Source: Euglena gracilis
Lineage: Eukaryota
Direction: 5' to 3'
Assembly: GCA_039621445.1 (NCBI GenBank)
Contig: CP154954.1
Location: 7,141,425-7,205,424 of the forward strand
DNA: 64,000 bases
Positions within the stretch are counted from its first letter, which is position 1. Each line of letters opens with the position of its first letter. The notes beneath the pieces are model-generated. The model saw nothing but the letters and a program-made list of their open reading frames with translations, searched no databases and was not told the origin of the DNA. Below are positions 62,433 through 64,000 of the stretch, piece after piece. A program made the position numbers and the translations under genes.

Positions 62433-64000
62433 TACTGAATGTTCTCAGATATTGAAAGCCTCCCCAGGATCCCCCTGGGTTGATAGATTGAGTGCTTAGA
62501 CCGCCTCCTCCCAGGGTTGGACTCAAAAATTCTTGGTACGGCCCGCCACACAAGTGATCAGGCTGACCGTTGGCAGTCTATTTGTGTTTGCGGTGAAGAT
62601 GGTTCGTCTCTGTTTTCGCCTCTACGCTTGCGTCTGGGTCCTGCGATGCGATCTGAAACGCAGCCGGCCCATACAGCGTTAAAATCAACTGATTGGGATT
62701 CCTTGCTGGCCAGACCGGTCAATCTGGAAGGCAGGTCCTGATTTGAGGAGAACCCCCAGGGGAGGGTTTCGTTCAAGTCAAGGTGTCCATGGTTTGGGGT
62801 CACGGTGTGTCCCTCTTTTGCTTGATCAGAGAGAGAGTCAGGACTCCCCCATCCGTAGGGGTTCCGGACCAGGGGGGTCCCTTCTTTCTCCCCCCCCTTT
62901 TTTTTTGACAACCGCCCCTTGAACGCCGCCCTAAGCAGCCAACAGCGGTCCAGGGGTTGAACTCGAAAGACAAGATGTCGAAAAATATATCTTTTGACGT
63001 CTGGGTGGATGGGCGATGGTCCAAGGATGCCAGATGTGACTTCTTCCCCGAAGTTGACCCATTTTTGTTGAAATTTATATGACCCTTTTTTCGGTGAACT
63101 TTCCCTTGAATGTGCTCAGAGTTGTTTTTTTTTTATACTCCCTGGGGTTGGGTGTGGCATGTGTCAGTCCAGCTCGGCTGAAGGCCTTTGGTATGATTCT
63201 GGGTGGTTTTGGGTGGGTGGGTGGGTGGGTGGGTGGGGGTAGACCCCCCAGAGGGTTTTGGGTGGGTGGGTTTTTGAAGAAAAAAAGTTGGGTGGTGGGT
63301 TTTTGTGGCCCAGGAAAAGGGCCAAAAACCCTTTTTGGCCCGAGGTCATTAAATGAATCTCTCATCTTAACCTCAAAATACTCCTACTGCGGTCCGTAAT
63401 GGATGGGGTTAGGGTTATTGCCACAATTACAGTCTTTATTTATTGTGACAGAACTGCAAATTTTGAGGAAACACGTTGTTTTATATCAATTTTGCAGATT
63501 TTCAAATTTGTGTGTTTCTTATGCCTTCATTTTGAAATCTAAAAATGTCTTTTCCCCCATATAACATTTTCTGAATGAACAGTGAGTTGAAGTGTAACAA
63601 AATAGCAGGATCAAAGTTTCATTTTAACGGTCGGAGTGATTCATTTTTCGCCATGCACGAACAAACACAGCTTCCATAATTTGTCTCCTTTCTCCCAGGA
63701 TCCGTATCCCCCTCAATGTCCGTCTCCATCCCAAAAGATTTCGGCTATGTGTTGCTGGTGATCGGATTGTCATGGTTCCTGGGGATGCCACTGCTTGAGT
63801 CTGTTTAGAAAAAACCCTCCTAGCCCTTCTTTTTGTGCAAACAAGAAAAGGTTCGATATAAAGATGTCCATCCTTGACCAAGGTGTCCAGACCACCCCCA
63901 CTCGCCTGTCACTGTCTTGTCAGGGTTTCTTTTTTTTTTAACTCAGAAGACCCCCCCACCCAGCGGGGGTAGGTGGGTCCAGAACCGGACCCCATAGAGG

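Noticed and set aside
63624-63905. Possible minus-strand exons at the window end
   Set aside because: Frame and splice sites ambiguous; no identifiable product.

Overview
Eukaryotic, intron-rich, repeat-rich genomic DNA, very probably from a euglenid. Short GC-rich exons are separated by a mix of GT-AG introns and euglenid-type nonconventional introns (R-nn-CAG...CTG-nnnn-Y with base-paired ends), and AG acceptors just upstream of start codons suggest SL trans-splicing. From left to right the window holds: (1) a tandem segmental duplication (1-9601 and 11199-19794) carrying a cytochrome b561 gene, with copy 2 frameshifted and truncated; (2) the 3' part of a histidine-phosphatase (PGAM-like) gene with a Tc1 remnant in an intron; (3) a ~20 kb GRAM + VASt (GRAMD1/Lam/Aster-type) lipid-transfer gene; (4) a complete 4-exon MAPEG/MGST3-like gene; (5) many MITE-like repeats and microsatellites. 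The most interesting part is a 10,526-bp DNA transposon (51369-61894) with perfect 23-bp TIRs and a 5-bp TTATT target-site duplication. It encodes an unclassified, disrupted DDE-like transposase and a multi-exon protein with a ParB/Srx-like N-terminus and a degenerate N6/N4-methyltransferase-like segment. About 31 copies of a palindromic RCGG-N4-CCGY motif are spread across the element, with at least one in every predicted intron of the ParB-like gene, suggesting a ParB/parS-like self-recognition system in a eukaryotic transposon. All protein assignments come from motif recognition by eye, with no database search. Some exon boundaries are approximate.
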